Positions 61,958 through 64,000 of a stretch of 64,000 nucleotides of DNA are shown piece by piece. The DNA lies in NCBI GenBank assembly GCA_902526005.1, contig CABZIW010000001.1, positions 196,511 to 260,510 of the forward strand. The letters are read 5' to 3'. Numbering within the stretch: the stretch's first letter is position 1; every line of letters begins with the position of its first letter. A model generated the notes under the pieces. That model was not told where the DNA came from and searched no databases. It saw nothing but the letters and a program-made list of their open reading frames with translations. A program made the position numbers and the translations under genes. The DNA is from an uncultured Pelagibacteraceae bacterium. GTDB taxonomy: Bacteria > Pseudomonadota > Alphaproteobacteria > Pelagibacterales > AG-422-B15.

Positions 61958-63047
61958 TTGCTCTGAGTTCACTTTTTCTAATTTTTATGCTGGAAGACTT
62001 TAATTGACCACACGCAGCCATAATATCTTGCCCCCTGGTTTTTCTAACTGGGCTTGCATAACCTGCATTTTTAATTATGTCACTAAATTTCTTGATTTCT
62101 TCCTTACTAGAGCATTGATAAGGTGAATTAGGCCAAGGATTGAAAGGTATGAGATTTATTTTTGCAGGAATTCCAGAAATTAGCTTAACAAGTTTACGGG
62201 CATCTTGCGTAGTATCATTTACTCCCTTTAACATAACATATTCAAAAGTTATTCGTTTAGAATTTTTTGATCTAGGATATTCTCTACACGCTTTTATAAG
62301 CTCTTTAAGAGGAAATTTCTTATTTATAGGAACAATATCATTTCTCAACTCATCATTTGTTGCGTGCAAAGAAATTGCCAATCTTGAGTCAACTTCATTG
62401 CCCCATTTAATAATTTCAGGAACAATGCCTGAAGTGCTTAGGGTAATTCTCTTAGTCGACAATTGTATACCCTCTTTGTCTCCCATAATTTCAGCAGCAG
62501 TTTTAACATTTTCATAATTATAGAGAGGCTCTCCCATACCCATAAATACAATATTTGAAATTTTACGATCTTTTCCATTTGGCCAATCTAAAAGATTATC
62601 TTTTGCCAAAAGAAGTTGTGAAATAATTTCACTTGAAGTTAAATTTCGAACCAGTTTTTGAGTTCCAGTAAAACAAAACTTACAGTTAAGTGTGCAACCA
62701 ACTTGTGATGAAACGCATAATGTTCCTCGATTTTCTTCAGGAATAAAAACCGTTTCAATAAGGTTGTTATCATTTAATTCCAAAAGCCATTTTTGTGTTC
62801 CGTCTTTTGATATTTGATGTGATTTTACTTTTGGTCTTCTAATAACAAAATTGTTTTTTAGTTTTTTTCTAAGGTCTTTTGAAACAGTCGTCATTTTGTC
62901 AAAATCAGTTTCACCTCTAAAATAAAGCCAATGCCAAAGTTGTTTGGATCTGAATTTCTCCTTAGCCTGTATTAAATCTTTATTAATTAGAGTTTCAGAT
63001 ATTTCATTAAGACTTAAACCAATTAAGTCGAGTTTATCATCTGTCAT
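61950..63047 (-). CDS. rlmN: 23S rRNA/tRNA m2A methyltransferase RlmN
   Basis: CVSSQVGC...C.FC.TG, MGMGEP, FEYVML, NLIPFN, AACGQL. Confidence 0.98.
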   Translation of the reverse strand: MTDDKLDLIGLSLNEISETLINKDLIQAKEKFRSKQLWHWLYFRGETDFDKMTTVSKDLRKKLKNNFVIRRPKVKSHQISKDGTQKWLLELNDNNLIETVFIPEENRGTLCVSSQVGCTLNCKFCFTGTQKLVRNLTSSEIISQLLLAKDNLLDWPNGKDRKISNIVFMGMGEPLYNYENVKTAAEIMGDKEGIQLSTKRITLSTSGIVPEIIKWGNEVDSRLAISLHATNDELRNDIVPINKKFPLKELIKACREYPRSKNSKRITFEYVMLKGVNDTTQDARKLVKLISGIPAKINLIPFNPWPNSPYQCSSKEEIKKFSDIIKNAGYASPVRKTRGQDIMAACGQLKSSSIKIRKSELRANG

Positions 63048-63053
63048 TGTATT

Positions 63054-63572
63054 TTATGAGCAGGCTTTATCGATTGCCGCTAATGCTTTTGTGAATCCGA
63101 TTAGAGAATATGTATCTGTAATTTTAGTTCCACGGCTTGAGATACTTTTAACTTTCACGCGCGCTCCATTTTTCATATCCTTGATCAGCTGCTTGCCATT
63201 CTCTCCATCCGCCAACCAAGCCCTTGATTCAACTGTAAAAAATTTATACTTACTACTACCAATGCTCACCTCAACCATACTCTTGGGTTTAAATGTGAAG
63301 CCGGTATCCACACTCGGCTCATGAAAAGTCTTATCATCTTTAAAATTTGTGATCATCAGAGCATGCTCGCCACGATTAAGATCTGAGGGATTAGTGGCTA
63401 TAGGCTCTGATATGATATAACAAATCTTTGCTGCACCGTCTTTAAATTCTTTGGCTTGCCATGCACCACTTTTCCCAAACGAGCCCAGATGCACGACATC
63501 AATCACTGCAAAAGCACTTATTGAACTCAACAGTAAAATTGATAGAATAAGCTTGAAATTTATTAATTTCAT
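63054..63572 (-). CDS. Invasion-associated locus B (IalB)-like periplasmic protein
   Basis: Signal peptide; W......KICY..S.P, AW, MK.G, S.RGT...DTYSL.GFT.A...C; usual rlmN neighbour. Confidence 0.85.
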   Translation of the reverse strand: MKLINFKLILSILLLSSISAFAVIDVVHLGSFGKSGAWQAKEFKDGAAKICYIISEPIATNPSDLNRGEHALMITNFKDDKTFHEPSVDTGFTFKPKSMVEVSIGSSKYKFFTVESRAWLADGENGKQLIKDMKNGARVKVKSISSRGTKITDTYSLIGFTKALAAIDKACS

Positions 63573-63602
63573 AATCGCTAATTTATATCGAGATTCACAA
63601 TT

Positions 63603-64000
63603 ATGAAAGCAATTGTTTGTAAAGAATTTGGCCCCCCTAGCTCACTTGTTTATGAGGATGTTGAATTACCTGAACTTAAAAAGAGTCAAATACTGATAGA
63701 TGTTCACTCTGCTGGTGTTAATTTTCCAGATACTCTAATCATTCAAGATAAGTATCAAGTTAAGCCTCCGCTACCTTTTTCGCCGGGTGGTGAGATTTCA
63801 GGTGTCATCAGCGCAGTCGGTGAAAGTGTTACTGATTGGAAAGTTGGTGACGAAGTTGTTGCTATGATCGGTTTCGGTGGTTTTAGGGAACAAGTAATTA
63901 CAAGTCCATCAAATATATTTCGAAAACCAAGTAGTATGGATTTTACCACAGCTTCTTGTTTTACATTGACTTACGGTACATCACACTACGCTCTAAAAAA
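63603..64000 (+). CDS. NADPH:quinone oxidoreductase (zeta-crystallin/MDR), 3'-truncated by window edge
   Basis: Not in ORF track. Manual translation MKAIVCKEFGPP...AGVNFPDTLIIQDKYQVKPPLPFSPGGEISG. Confidence 0.9.
   Translation, partial: MKAIVCKEFGPPSSLVYEDVELPELKKSQILIDVHSAGVNFPDTLIIQDKYQVKPPLPFSPGGEISGVISAVGESVTDWKVGDEVVAMIGFGGFREQVITSPSNIFRKPSSMDFTTASCFTLTYGTSHYALK

Noticed and set aside
734-63949. Numerous antisense or alternate-frame ORFs of 60-146 aa (e.g. 2077-2517, 5827-6189, 34923-35246, 62140-62517, 63755-63949)
   Set aside because: They lie wholly or almost wholly within well-supported genes, have no recognisable motifs, and are typical shadow ORFs.

Overview
A 64-kb, AT-rich, gene-dense core-chromosome segment of a streamlined (probably marine) alphaproteobacterium, SAR11/HIMB59-like by gene order and composition (inference). 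It appears to span the replication-origin region: maf | hemE-hemH-hemJ-rho ... mnmE-mnmG-rsmG-parA-parB. A candidate oriC with clustered degenerate DnaA boxes lies at about 12.5-12.8 kb, and a perfect parS palindrome sits inside rsmG. Most genes are housekeeping: his operon, hslVU, secB, dnaQ/coaE/aroE, leuS/lptE/holA, ftsK/lolA, purH/rpe, acs, gpsA/tsaD, hemC/D, folD, argG, rlmN and tRNA-Gly(GCC). I saw no IS, prophage, CRISPR or rRNA. The most interesting accessory elements are: (1) a passenger-less inverse-autotransporter beta-barrel paired with a secreted Cys-containing protein, inserted after rho behind a short tandem repeat; (2) a DUF1302/DUF1329/YCF48 uptake-type locus with a very large (1002 aa, 8-Cys) outer-membrane protein, an internal terminator, and an SDR where the usual RND/MMPL pump would be; (3) a TPR-sulfotransferase translationally coupled inside leuS-lptE; (4) a CenR-like regulator with a degenerate receiver domain; (5) a promoter motif shared by the porin and DUF1302 genes. 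All family calls come from motif recognition and synteny, not from database searches.
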